Source of the DNA: Folioceros fuciformis
Lineage: Eukaryota
Assembly (NCBI GenBank): GCA_049999805.1
Contig: JBNGIO010005989.1
Span: forward strand, 1-37,650
Reading direction: 5' to 3'
DNA length: 37,650 nucleotides
How positions within the stretch are numbered: position 1 is the stretch's first letter; each line of letters opens with the position of its first letter. Positions 20,646 through 33,100 of this stretch are shown piece by piece. The notes below the pieces were generated by a model. It worked only from the letters and a program-made list of their open reading frames with translations. It did not search any database and was not told where the DNA came from. A program made the translations under genes and the position numbers.

Positions 20646-23600
20646 TGTAGGTAATCTGCATGAGCATCCATGTACGGCAAGGCACGATGCCTAAGAGAGG
20701 GACAACCTCACAGGTGTCTAGGAGGAAGGTATGCATAGACACAGGCAATTCCTTCCCCGCAGTGACGGGTTTCATCTACTCGAGTTGCCAGGAGAACGAT
20801 AACACATTTACTTTCCGGCAACCTGCTTTGCAACACGCAGCCCACCCTAACAGCTCAAGGCACAGCGTGAGCCCGTCATCCTTCCCTTGCAGAAGCGCAT
20901 CGGTAATTCCTCCAGCCGTTCCTGTATCGCCAATCAGTTGGTACCCAGACAAACAGGCTAAGGAAATTTAAGCCCTCATTGAGTTGGAAGACTACATGCG
21001 GAAGCGTGTCTTCTACACAAAAGTTTTAATAAAGAATAATTAAGAAGTACACTTAATTGTCCTTTTATAGGTATCATCCTAAAGGGTGTGTCCTTTCACT
21101 AGCCTAGCTAACTAATCCAACAGTTACTTTGCTAAGCTATCTTGACCTAAGGTTACATAACTCAAGTGGACTGCTACCTCTTCTAACTCTCCCTCTCAGT
21201 CACGTTAGAGTTATGAGAGCTCTTATAGAGATCAGTGCTTGTGAAAGTCTTTTAATGTAAGCTATCTACTTCAGCTCGGCTGTCAAATCTTCCAGTCGCT
21301 GACACTGTCAAGAAGTCTGTCGCAGACGACAACCCTTACAGTAGCGCACTAGTCAAGACCAGAACAGAAGTAATACACCAATTTCAGTTATCCTTGCACT
21401 TGATGGAGTCAGAAGAGATATCTTCACCACGTCTTCAAACTTTCCTGAGAGACAAAACTACTACAGTCTACAAGACCAAGTCCTTCCCTATGAAAACAAT
21501 GTCTGAATTTAGGAAGTGACTTTGTCAAGACATCAGCCATAGTAAGATCTGTAGGCACATACTGTATCTTTACTAAGCCCCTCTCAGCAGCACCTCTAAC
21601 ATAATGATGTTGTATCTCGATGTGCTTAGTGCGGGCATGAAACACAGGATTAGCCATCAAGGCAATGGCTGACATATTATCACTGTTGAGAATAGTGGGT
21701 CCCTTTTGATGCATTCCCAAATCCTCGCATAATTTCCTTTCCCACTCAGCCTCCTTCGTAGCTTCTGTCAATGCTTTGTACTCTGACTCAATACAAGACA
21801 AAGAAATAGAGGCTTGTTTCCTACAGGACCAATTTATCACTGTGGAAACAGCAAGGAAACAATAGGAAAGACTTTTGCGGGTATCAGCATCAGAAGCCCA
21901 ATCAACGTCTACGTAACAACTGAGCTGTAGACGCTTCTTCCCGCTGGGTTTGTAGCAGAGACCATAATTCGGAGTACCCTTTAGGTATCGCATTATTCTT
22001 TTGACTGCAACCCAGTGGTCTCTTCCTAGATTCTCAGAGAATTGAGCAACTGCATTCACAGTGTTAGATATGTCTGGTCTGGTCCAATTGCTAAGAAACA
22101 TGAGAGTTCCTACTGCCATTCAATATGGCACACTCTCCATTTCCTTCTTATCCTCATCAGACTGCGGACATGATGAGGAAGACAGCTTGACACCAACCGC
22201 ACCTGGAGTGGCTGCTGCTCGTGCATTTTCTAGATTAAACTTCTTCAACATCCCTGCAACATATCTCCCCTGATGAAGATAGATAGCTCTAGTGGACCTA
22301 TCTTTATGTACATGCATTCCAAGAATATACTTAACTTGACCAAGGTCTTTCATGTCAAACTCTTTACTGAGATCTACCTTAATCTGGTTAACCAGCTCCA
22401 CATTGTTACCTGGAATGACCAAGTCATCCACGTATAATGCTATTAATACAATTGAACTGTCTTTTCGCAGTACATAGAGATTGGTATCTGATTCACATTG
22501 CACAAAGCCAATCTTCTTGAGGTATGTATCAATTCGCTTGTACCATAGTCGTGGGCTTTGTTTGAGCCCATATGTACAGCGAAGAAGTTTACACACCTTA
22601 TAAGGATGTTTCTTATCCTCATAGTCCTCAGGCTGATCCATATATATTTCTTCTTCTAAATGACCATACAGAAAGGCTGTGCAGACATCCAGTTGGTAGA
22701 TGGTAAGGTTGAGTTCAGCACAAAGGGCTAGAAGCATCCTAATAGATGTTGCTTTGACAACAGGAGAGTAAACCTGGTCACCCTCATAGTCTACTCCCTC
22801 TCGCTGACTATAACCCTTGGCCACTAACCTTGCTTTGTATCTTATCCGGGGTTCTACCTCTTGAAATTTGGTTTTTAGTACCCACTTACACTTGACTGTA
22901 GTCCTGCCTGCAAGAAGATCCACTAATTGCCAAGTGTTATTTTTGACTAGAGAGTTATACTCATCGTCAATAGCTAATTTCCACTTATCAACTTCCAGTC
23001 TTGAATATGCTTCTCTAAGTGTGAGAGGATCTCCCTCTGAAAGAGCAAAGCTAGTAGCAAGAGAATACACCATGGGATAGACCCCAATATAACCAGCTTG
23101 ATTAAATTCTAGATCAAAAGGTTTTTCACCCCACAAATGTCTTGGTTGTCTTTGGCGTGAAGGATACCTGCGCTTAGGTACACTAGCATCTGTCCTCTGA
23201 GGCGAGATGTGAACATCTGCTGCAAGTATATCATTAGGAAGATACATATCTTGAGCAGTACCCATGGAGCCTTCACCTTCATCTTCCTTCCTTCGAGCAG
23301 AAGCCAAAGCTGCTAGGGATGAAGGATCCAATGGCATGGAACCATCAGGAAATGATGAAGAAGGGAAGTCAAAGGAGACATGGATATCGTTAAGAGGACG
23401 AGGACTATGGGTCGGAGAGCGGTCATCCTTGTCGCCATCCAGAATGGGGCCATGAGACGGAACATAACCTTCATCAAAAGTAACCATTCATGCAAAGACC
23501 GGAGTATGAGAGTGAGTGTCAACTAGCTTATAAGCCTTGCAGGCCTCCCCGTAGCCAACAAACACAAGTTTCCGCGCTCGAGAAGAAAGCTTGTCGCGTA

Positions 23601-25800
23601 GGGGGGAAGGGACATAGGCATAGGCGAGTGAGCTAAAAACCCGAAGATGAGAAATAATTGGCTTGTAACCAAACCAGCATTCAAAAGGAGTACGGCCAGC
23701 GACTGCCTTTGTAAGAAGCCGGTTCTTAATATAAGTAGCTGTGGAAATGGCCTCAGCCCAAAAAGACTTTGGCAGACGAGACTGGGCTAGCATAGCCCTG
23801 GCCATGGCAAGAAGATCGCCATTGGCCTTCTCCGCAATGCCATTCTGAGCAGAAGTGTAGAAAACCGTGAACTGCCGGGTTATCCCTCGTTCTTCACAGA
23901 ATGCTTGGAAGAGCTAATTGTTGAGTTCTCCAGGAGGCATTGTCAGAACGAATGCACCGCAGCTTGCACCCAGTGTGCAGCTCGGCCATCGAGACAAAGG
24001 GTTGGAACACACCAAAGGAGTCACTCTTGAGGCGGAGCGGATACATAAAGGAATAACGAGAATAATCATCTACGATTGTCATAAAATGGCGGGCTCCGCC
24101 TAAAGAAGTGACAGGAAGAGGTCCACACAAATCAACATGAACTAGTTCCAAGGGCTGAGACGCCCTGTGAGCAGGAAGACTAGAGTAAGGTGCACTTCGC
24201 TGCTTGGCCAACACACAGGCTTTACACAATGGTGGAGTCTTGGCCAAGGCGGGAAGCTTATCACGATAGAGATCCTGCATGGACATGGCAAGTAACTTGG
24301 CAGAGTTAAGATGCCCAAGCCTACAGTGCCATAAGAAGGTTGGCCCGGAGGACTGGGGCCTAGCTTGTAGTGCATCCTTGGTAGAATCCACAGCCGCAAC
24401 GCTGGAAGAATACACAAGGGTGCCGGAGAATATATATAGATCACTCTGGAGATTTCCTCGTGCTACCACTTGATGGGGCTTGGAGGGTCGATAGAGTAGA
24501 CAATTCTCTTTGCCAAACTCTAATTTATAAAGACCATCGTGCATAAGTGTCGAACGGAGATAAGGTTCTTTGCCATTTGCGGAACATGAAGTACATTCGT
24601 CAGCAGAAGGGTGGAATTATCTTCTAATGTGAAGGTCACATTCCCTGTGCCGAGTATGGCAAGACCAAAGTCATCTCTTAATAGCACATACTGAAGAGGA
24701 TCAGGTGACGCCGCATAGGTTGTAAACATATGCTTGGAACTGCAGATATGAGCAGTAGCTGCGGAGTCAATGAGCCACGATGTCTTTAATGCTGATGCAA
24801 CTAGGCACAGTGTAAGAGCAATCTCTGGTTTAGTCTGAGTCTTGGCCTTAGGAAGAACAGCCGTATTAGCGGACTTGAGCTCCCTCTTAGCCTCACCAGC
24901 TTGCTTCTTCTTGCACTCCCTCTCCCAATGGCCCGGAATTTGACACTAGTTACAAGTGCCTTGTTGCTTCTGGGTCTTGGAGGTAGAGGCAGAAGAAGCA
25001 GATTTTGGGTCAGTGTTTGAAGACATCCGCTTTGTGGGATTGTTGCTTCTCTTAGGCTGATGTTGAGACCGCCCTCGTGTCACAAACATCACTCGCTCAC
25101 CACCATGCTTAGATGTGCCAGTATTATAGCGAGAAGCCTCCTCTTGTAGGAGCGCCCCAGCAATCTCGGACATAGTAAGTGTGGATTGACCACCAGCCGC
25201 CTATGCTCGCTGAGAGTTACGGACCGACTGGTTGTGTGAAGAGACAAAAGATTGATAGCTAGTCGGAAGACTAGCCAGCAATTGTACAGCAGTATCGAAC
25301 TCAGACATAGTAGTGCCTAGTGCAGCCAAATGTGCCCGGAGGTAATGAAAACAACTCACCTGGTGGGCAATACTATCGCCTGGTTGCATACGAAGAGTAT
25401 AGAACTCCTGGCGCACTGTGACCAGGGTCATCACATTAGTGGATTGATAAATATCATTTATCTAATTCCACGCTTCTGCTGCTGTAGTTGCACCATCGGT
25501 ATGGTGTAATGTAGTGTTGTAAACACCAGATATTAACATATGCATGGCCTGACGATCAAGTTTTAACCAAGCTTCGACAGCCGACTGAGGTGCCAGAGGC
25601 TTGGTTGAAGTTCCTTCCACGATAGAAAGCAAATCTCGTGTATTCAAGGTTGTTTTCATACGTCGAGACTAGACTTCATACTTTGTACCGTTAAAATGGT
25701 CTTTTTCTTTCAAATCAGTTGATACGTTCATCACATGTATCACTGGTGCAACTGAGGGAGTAGTCATCGACATGAGGGTATTCGTTCCTGACATAATATT
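20646..25800 (-). mobile_element. Degenerate Ty1/copia element C: gag-PR-INT-RT-RNase H and 3' LTR (20646-21188); 5' LTR/PBS missing
   Basis: gag from ~25794 (HFNGTKYEV*SRRMK). Zinc knuckle CN*CQIPGHWEREC at ~24913-24954. Protease WLIDSAATAH at ~24750-24777. Integrase HVDLCGP. RT YVDDL in 22120-23487. RNase H in 21424-22119. PPT gagagggag at ~21189-21197. TATA-like ctataaaagg in the LTR. LTR ends CA at 20646 on the minus strand. Confidence 0.93.
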
Positions 25801-26165
25801 TGTAGGGTTATTAAAGCCCAATGTGCCTAGACTAATGTGTTTAGTCTAAGATTAGTGTCTAGTTAAGTATCATTAGTTTAGATTAGCTTAAGCTAATCTC
25901 TAGGAAGCTTCTTGTGCAGCTTCCTCTAGGCTTCTTGTGAAGCTTTCTAGGGAGCTCTTCTAGAGGGTACAAATACCCCCTTGAGCTCCCTTGTATGAGA
26001 GACTCTATTGTGAGAGTGTGACCTCTCTTTCTCCTCTCCTCCTTGCCTCCTCCTCTCCTCTCCTTCACCATGTAGCTCCTAAAGCGTTCCTTCAATATTA
26101 TCTATGTCTTGAATATATATTTAAGCAAGCAAAGTGTTATAACACAAGGCTTAGGATAAACATCA
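25801..26165 (+). mobile_element. LTR-like segment (possible solo LTR) abutting the gag start of element C
   Basis: Starts TG, has a TATA-like tacaaatacccc and a CT-rich tract, and has a candidate CA end at 26165 with imperfect flanks atatt/atata. End uncertain. Confidence 0.45.
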
Positions 26166-26217
26166 ATATAAAGAGCACAAGATAATTTATGGATATAAAT
26201 AGAGGTACTTGAGTTCC

Positions 26218-27395
26218 CTAATCAGAATTGGACTCCATACGGCGAATAGTTTCAACTTCGTTGACTAGGTTAGTGATGGACTCCCAAAGTTTCAGATAAT
26301 GGTGAGAACGTTTCTCAAAAGATGAAGCTTGTGCTTGGGTCTCGTGGTCCTTGTACTCCTTATAAGCAGCTTGCAGGGTCTCAAAGGGGGACGGAGGAGA
26401 AACTGGTTCCTCCTTAATACGAACTGCAACCGTTGTGGAAGGTGCTTGAACTTTTAAAGTGGACGCCGGGGGCACGCACCGCATAGCAAGAAGTCGATGA
26501 GGTTTTTCTTCTTGAGAAACTCATCCGAAACAGCTAGCCAGGGCCGGTGCTTGGAGCGCGCCTCCCGTGTGTGGGGTGGTTCCTTCTACCACCATGGGCG
26601 CGCTGCTATGACAAGCAAGAACACCCGAATTCAGAGCAGGCCCATCCTTTAGATCTAGAAGAGCACCGCTTGAAGCAAGCGCGCTTCTCGGATGAACAGG
26701 CGTGTGCTGAAAATTAGGGGACGCCCAAGCAAGATCTGTACATGCGCCTCTAAGATTGGCAGTCGTGCCAAGAATTGGAGTCGGATCAGAACGCGTGATC
26801 ACTTCATTGATTGGTGTGCTCTCCAGCGGAGGAGTCCCGACTCCCCGAATTGCGGACACGCCTCCCAAATCAGCAGTCGCTGCCTGAAATTGGAAGGGCG
26901 CACCGCCTGAATTTGTGGCGGCGTCCTGAACTTGTGGAGGTATCCCGCCTGGAATTGACGGCGAGATCTGCTGATTCACGGCCACGCCTCCTTTGCAAGC
27001 TGTTGTGTCTCTTCGAATCTCATCTGAATGACCTCCACACATGCACGGGTGATGTGCACGATTGTGGTCGCCTCCCACGTGCAGAGGCGAAAGGGGAATT
27101 TCTTCGTTTTCCTTAATTTCCTTGGAGATCTTTGTCTTGTGGTCCGTGTCGAGTTCCCTCCACTTAATGAAGAGGTGTGATTGTGTAATACTTTGGACGG
27201 TTGTGTCCATCCTTGATTTTCAAGTGTAAGCAGGAGTTCCTTCAACCATTCCTCTCGTAGGAGTCTTGGAGGTGCATATAGAGAATTGTATCCAGATCCT
27301 CTTGAAGTGTTGAAGTTGTGGCTACGTCCTCGTTGACGCTCCTTTTCCTCACGATAGCGACGGGCTATATCATAGGCACGTCTATTCCTTGCCAT
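26218..27395 (-). other. Fragmented orphan ORF(s), probably TE-associated
   Basis: Three consecutive minus-strand ORF pieces (MARNRRAYDIARRYREEK.., Pro/Ala-rich middle, helical C-terminal piece). No recognised domain. Confidence 0.3.
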
Positions 27396-27432
27396 TTTGA
27401 TTGAGTGTTGGGACAAGAAACAATGTAAGAAA

Positions 27433-28030
27433 TGTTGAAATAGCACCACTAGCTTATATGGACTTCACAGTTCCTTACTTATGGTGCACAGGATGCTACA
27501 TATATAGCCTTCAGGCGGGGCAACCCTCGATAAGGTAAGCCTTAGTCTCGAGGGTGCAATATCCTAGTATATCCTGATATATCCTGATAACACTTAGGTG
27601 ATAGATAACTACGAGTTCAATATGGGATAATCTACACTATCCTAAGTGTTGTATGCTCTTAATAACAATTCAATTAGAGCTTGATTTCTAACACTCCCCC
27701 TCAAGCTCAGACTATTTGTAACACTCCAAGTAGTTCACGAAAGTGTAAGAACTTATCTCTACCTAGCGACTTAGTAAAGATATCTGCTACCTGGTCTTCG
27801 GTCTTCACGTGCCGAAAATCTATCTTCTCAGATAATACCGCTTCCCTGATGAAATGATAATGTATTCTATGTGCTTCGAACGAGCATGAAACACAAGATT
27901 AGTAGCCAACCTCATGCTACTCATGTTGTCACAGTAGATTGTAACCTTGCTGTTCACTATATTTCCAAGATCATGTAGCAACTTCTGCAACCAAGCTGCT
28001 TCACAGGCTGCCATTGCAGCTCCTCGATAC
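27433..28030 (-). mobile_element. Copia 3' end: RNase H, PPT and 261-bp 3' LTR (27433-27693)
   Basis: YRGAAMAACEAAWL..IYCDNMS..FHARSKHIE. PPT gagggggag adjacent to the TGTT...AACA-bounded LTR. Confidence 0.88.
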
Positions 28031-29095
28031 TAGAAAGATTCAGATAGAAATAGTCTAGTCTAGCAGCAGCATATATATAATAGACCTGTAAATAAAACCA
28101 TACGTAAATAACTACAAAAAATATATCCAAAGACTTGAAACCCTAACTGCCGGGTGTACATAAGGTGCCGTGCATCTAATGAAATGCTTTTTCTCTCTCC
28201 TTTCAAAGATTTCTCTTTGGTATCAGAGCGAGGCTCTCACGAGATCGTGCACCCACACACTCAAATCCGGATGTAGCATGGCCAAATCCAAACTTGCCTA
28301 GCCACGTTGTGCACGGACACATGCACGCGCTCCAGACCCACTCGCGTGCGCCCGTTTTTGGCGCCGCGAGCCCGTTTTTAAGAGGCGCCAGCAACGAAGG
28401 GGTGCATGTTCCGCTGGATTGCCCACAGATCTAAGCGCGTGGACATAATTAGATGGTCGCCTGGTGTGCGCGCAGCCAGATCCATGAGCGCGCCCCGATT
28501 GCACGCCTGCAGATCCAACGGCGGCGTCTGCAGATTAGCACGGCAGCGCCAAGGGTTTTGCAGCTGTCCTAGCATGCACGCTAGCAATCCGTTGAGCGCA
28601 CATGTGATTTGAAAGGCGCGCGCCTACAAACTCGTGTGCGCTCGCCTCAGCGACCAGATTGGAGGACATGCGAGATGGCAGCTGTGGGCGTTGTTGCATT
28701 TTTCTGAGAACCCGAGCAATTCTGCAATTTTGCAATTCTGCCCACATGAAACTTTGCCACCATGCCGCATCGAGGCAACTGTAGGAGGCGCCATGCAACA
28801 GAGCAAGACGGGGATCCTACATCACATTTCCTATCAGACATAGGAGAGGCTCTTGCACGCTCACTTAGTCATGCAGGTCAGGGGAAGCCTCGATCACACC
28901 GCCCTACACTAGCACCCCTCGTAAGCCTAACCCACAATCATATTTCTGTGCACGCTATAAACAATTGGGACACCTAAGCACTAGAGCGAATTCAGATTCC
29001 CTAGACCAGGTGCGTCCATTGATCAAGGGGTGCACAATCACATCACGTTTCTGGAGCACAGCTTGGAGAGAGAGTTTGTGAGGCTGCAGGTTGTG
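28031..29095 (+). mobile_element. 5' end of another LTR element: LTR (~28031-28217), tRNA-iMet PBS, GC-rich leader, possible degenerate gag
   Basis: Interrupts the RNase H at ~28030. TGGTATCAGAGC at 28218-28229. Confidence 0.65.
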
Positions 29096-30117
29096 TCGTA
29101 CACTTTATACCCCTTTATGCCTTTTGAATATCCCACAAAAATCATCTGCTTTGCTTTGTAGTCGAGCTTTGTTCTTTGCTCCTTGTGTATGTGCACATAG
29201 ACCTTGCACCCAAAGATCTTAAAGTGAGAGATAGCTGGCTTCTTACCCGTCCAGCGTTCGAAGGGGGTGGAGTCTTTGAAGGTTGATGTGGGAATTCGAT
29301 TTTGAATGTAGGTGGCTATGTGTACTGCCTCTGCCCAGTACCTCCTTGATAATCCCGATTGATACAGCATGGCTTTAGCTGCTTCTTGTAGATATCGATT
29401 CTTAGATTCAGCAAGTGGGTTCTGGCTGGAGGTGTATGGGACAGTGATCTGCCTCCCTATACCAAGAGATCTACAGTAGTCCTGGAAGTCAGTGCTGTTG
29501 AACTCCCCTCCTCCGTCACTGCGAAGAGTTTTCACCTTATTCCTAGTTTGCCTTTGTGAGAAATTCACATAATCCATAAATCTCTCAAGTGCCTTTGATT
29601 TGTGGCGCAAGAAATATGTCATTGTGAAGCGATTGTAGTCGTCCACAAGCACCATAAAATACAGTGCGCCTCCAAGTGATTGGACGGACATTGGCCCGCA
29701 TAAATCTGTATGCACCACGACAAGGGTTTCCGTGGCTCTATTTTGCTCATGAGGCTTCTTGGCATTCTGCTTGGGGAGTTTTGCATGCACACATGCGTCA
29801 CAAAGCACATCCACTTCGGGGACTGTCCAGGGGACCTCCTCTTGGTATAAATGTTCACCCACCATGCTCTTCATTTTGTTGTAGTTTGGGTGTCCCAAGC
29901 GACAATGCCACAACAGCTGATTACTATCTACATCTAAGTGCCTGGCCAGATGCGTCCGAGGATGTGAGTTATTCACATGTATTCCAACATAAGTACGACA
30001 GTTGAGCCTATACAGGTCTAAATCCAACGCTCCGATGGCCATCTCGGCATGAGTTTTGCTATCAACCAGTCTACACTGCTTTTCATCGAAGCTCACTTTG
30101 ATGCTCCACTCTTGACA
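29096..30117 (-). mobile_element. Copia fragment D (GAG-pre-integrase + integrase)
   Basis: LWHCRLGH, CDAC, HTDLCGP, LRSDGGGEF, YWAEAV, GYSKGIKGYKVYD. Confidence 0.92.
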
Positions 30118-33100
30118 TAAAGATCGAAGGAGGATCGCGGGAGAGGCAAGAGAGAGATTCAAGAAGTGAGTAGTAGATAGCTTAGGCCGTGTGGCCTTAA
30201 AAGGTGTGCAGGGCAACCGTTGGTGGTGTCCCGTGAAGTGTGACGGTTGATACTTAGAGTCACGACCCTAATACTTTGCCTTTCTATATCTAGCGTTTCA
30301 TATCGGGATTATCTCTATTTAATTAATGCCTGGCTACTTAATAATAAATGTACTTTATCTTTACTCCCACTTAGCCTTGCATTCATTCTTTACTGCTGGA
30401 GTAACTTCACAGTCTTGGGTCTTCGCGAGCTGAGTGACGATGTCGGGATGCATGCTATTAGGCTAAGTATCCGGGTTTGCTACCAGCCCCAAAGCTCTAC
30501 AGAATTTTTCGTGCTTATCACGAGGTAGGGCTTTAGTCAGGATATCTGCTGTGTTCAAGTCTGTAGGTACACACTGCAGATTTGCATACCCTTGTGAGAT
30601 TACATGGCGAATGAAATGGTGCTTGATCTCAATGTGCTTAGTCCTAGCGTGCATAATAGGATTTTGTGCAAGTGCAATTGCTGATGGGTTATCACTAAGA
30701 AGTAGGGTAGAAGCTTCCTGTTTTTCTCCTAGTGAATTCAGCAACTCTCTTGCATGAACAATATCTTGAGCAGCTGTGGTGGTAGAGATGTACTCTGCCT
30801 CGGTGGATGAGAGTGCTACCACCTGTTGCTTTTTGCTATGCCATCCAATCACTGTAGAGTGAAATTCATCCTGCCCCAACATAAGGCAATGTGCACTGAT
30901 TGACCTGCGACTGTCAGAGTCAGCAGCCCAGTCAGCATCTGTGAAGCATGTAAGTAGCAAGTTAGTTGGACGTTTGCTGTATAGGAGCCCAAGATTTGGA
31001 GTGCCTCCAAGGTAGCGTAGGATTCATTGTACTGCGCCCCAATGTGCACTTCCATAGTTAGAGAGAAACTGTGAGGTAACTCCCACTGAATGGGAGAGCT
31101 CAGGTCTGGTCCAGTTCCTAAAGTATATCAGCATGCCTACAGCAGGTCTGTAGGGCACCAACTCCATTTGCTGTCTCTCTTGCTCAGTCTTGGGACATTG
31201 ATCTACTGACAGCTTTTCCCTTGTTGCCATGGGTGTAGGTGCAGGCTTTGCATTTTGGAGTCTAAACCTAGCCAAAACTTGATGTACAAATTGTGTCTGA
31301 TGGATGAAAATAGTATGCTTTATAAGGTTTTGGTGAATGCGTATTCCTAGGAAGAAGGTCAGCTGCCCTAAATCAGTCATGGAAAACTTTGACATCAGGA
31401 TTGACTTGACTTTGGTCATCAACTCTGGGCAGCTAGCTATTATGACAGCATCGTCTACATATAGTGCAAGGTAAGCGACCCCTTTGCTATCATGTAACTT
31501 GTATACATTTGAATCAGCTTCACTTTGAACGAGACCGCAGCTTTTAAGGTATGTGTCTATCCGCTTAAACCATTCTCTGGGTGACTGCTTTAGACCATAG
31601 ATAGTTTTGACTAATCTACATACCTTATGAGGCTGCTTTGGGCCTACATACCCCTCTGGCTGTTGCATGTAGATTGTTTCTTCCAAATTACCATTCAGGA
31701 AAGCTGTCTTGACATCCATGTGCTGTAACATGTAATCATGCTGGGCTGCAATAGTAAGAAGAGCTCGGATGGAGGTCGCACGTACCACAGGTGAGAATGT
31801 TTCTGTGTAATCAAGACCCTCTACCTGGCTGTAGCCTCGTGCTACCAAACGGGCCTTGTACCTTGCTATATTTCCATCTGCATGCAGCTTTGTTTTAAAC
31901 ACCCATTTACATGTGACAGGTTTTCTTCCTGGTGGCAAATCCTCAAGGACCCATGTTTTGTTATCAGTCAAGGACTGGTACTCAGATTCAATGGCCTCCG
32001 TCCATTTCTGTCCGTCCTTAGAAGTAATAGCCTCCTGATATGACTGTGGGTCTCCAACATCTATGGGTGTGCTGTCCTCTTGAACTAAGAATGACTGATA
32101 TGTGAGGGGTGGCTGTAGCCATTCAGCCGGAGATGATGTATGCCAAATCAGTTCCTCTCCTCAGATTAACTGGTTCAGGTGGCGGAACAGCTACTGGTGC
32201 TGGTATCTCCTCCTCCTCACTGTCAGCATGGTTTTCATCCGCTGAAAATTCATTCTCTGTATCATCATGTATGTTAGACTCACCCTCATCATGGTTGTTT
32301 GCAGACTCTTGAGTGTCTGCCTCTGCCTCATCCTCACTGTCATTGTCCGGGAACTCGCTTGGTTCTTCATCTGACTCACTGTCAGGGACTGAGTTACTTG
32401 GTTATGGCATACTAGCATGGACAGGTGGGTATAAGACGGATGTATGGTCAGGGCGAGTTTCCTCATTATCAACCAACTGGCTAGAGGATGCATCGTCTAA
32501 CAAGGTACGACTAGGTGATGGATTCAACAAGAGTTGTTCATGGAATACTACACTGCAGGCATGTGTAGTAAACCTAGTAGTGGGGTCATACAGTTTATAG
32601 CCCTTGACTCCCTCTGTGTACCCTATGAAGACGTATTTCCTAGCTTTGTAGTCCATTTTAACACGTTGCTTTTCTACAAGATGTGCATAAGCAGGGGAAT
32701 CAAATATTTTTAGGTGATTGATCCTAGGCCTGTGATTTGTCCACCTCTGAAATGGTGTTGCTCCATCAAAAGCTTTAGTGGGAAGCCGATTTCGAATATA
32801 GACAGCAGTAGCAACAGCCTCAGCCCAGTAAGTTATAGGCAAACCTGCTAGCTTCAACATAGATTTGGCGGTTTCTTGAACATGCTTGTTGTGGAGCTTA
32901 GCGATAGGATTTTGGGAGGATGTGTACGGCACAGTAACCTACAGGGTGTGGACTCCACATGCTGAACAGACCCCTGGGAAATGATAGGTTTTCTTTTTTT
33001 TGGGATTTGTGAGTGAGTGTTGTAGAGGAAAGGTTGGAAGGTTAGGTTAGAATAGTAGCTAGAGTGATGGTGAGTCAATAGGGTAGGTAGGTTGTGTGGT

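Noticed and set aside
4199-32941. Many TE stop codons fall where CAG/CGA is expected (4199, 5070, 22120, 23488, 32939), the type of stop that U-to-C editing repairs, next to U-to-C editor genes
   Set aside because: Fully explained by deamination of methylated CG/CHG. The elements also have frameshifts and TGG>TAG stops, and PPR editors act in organelles.
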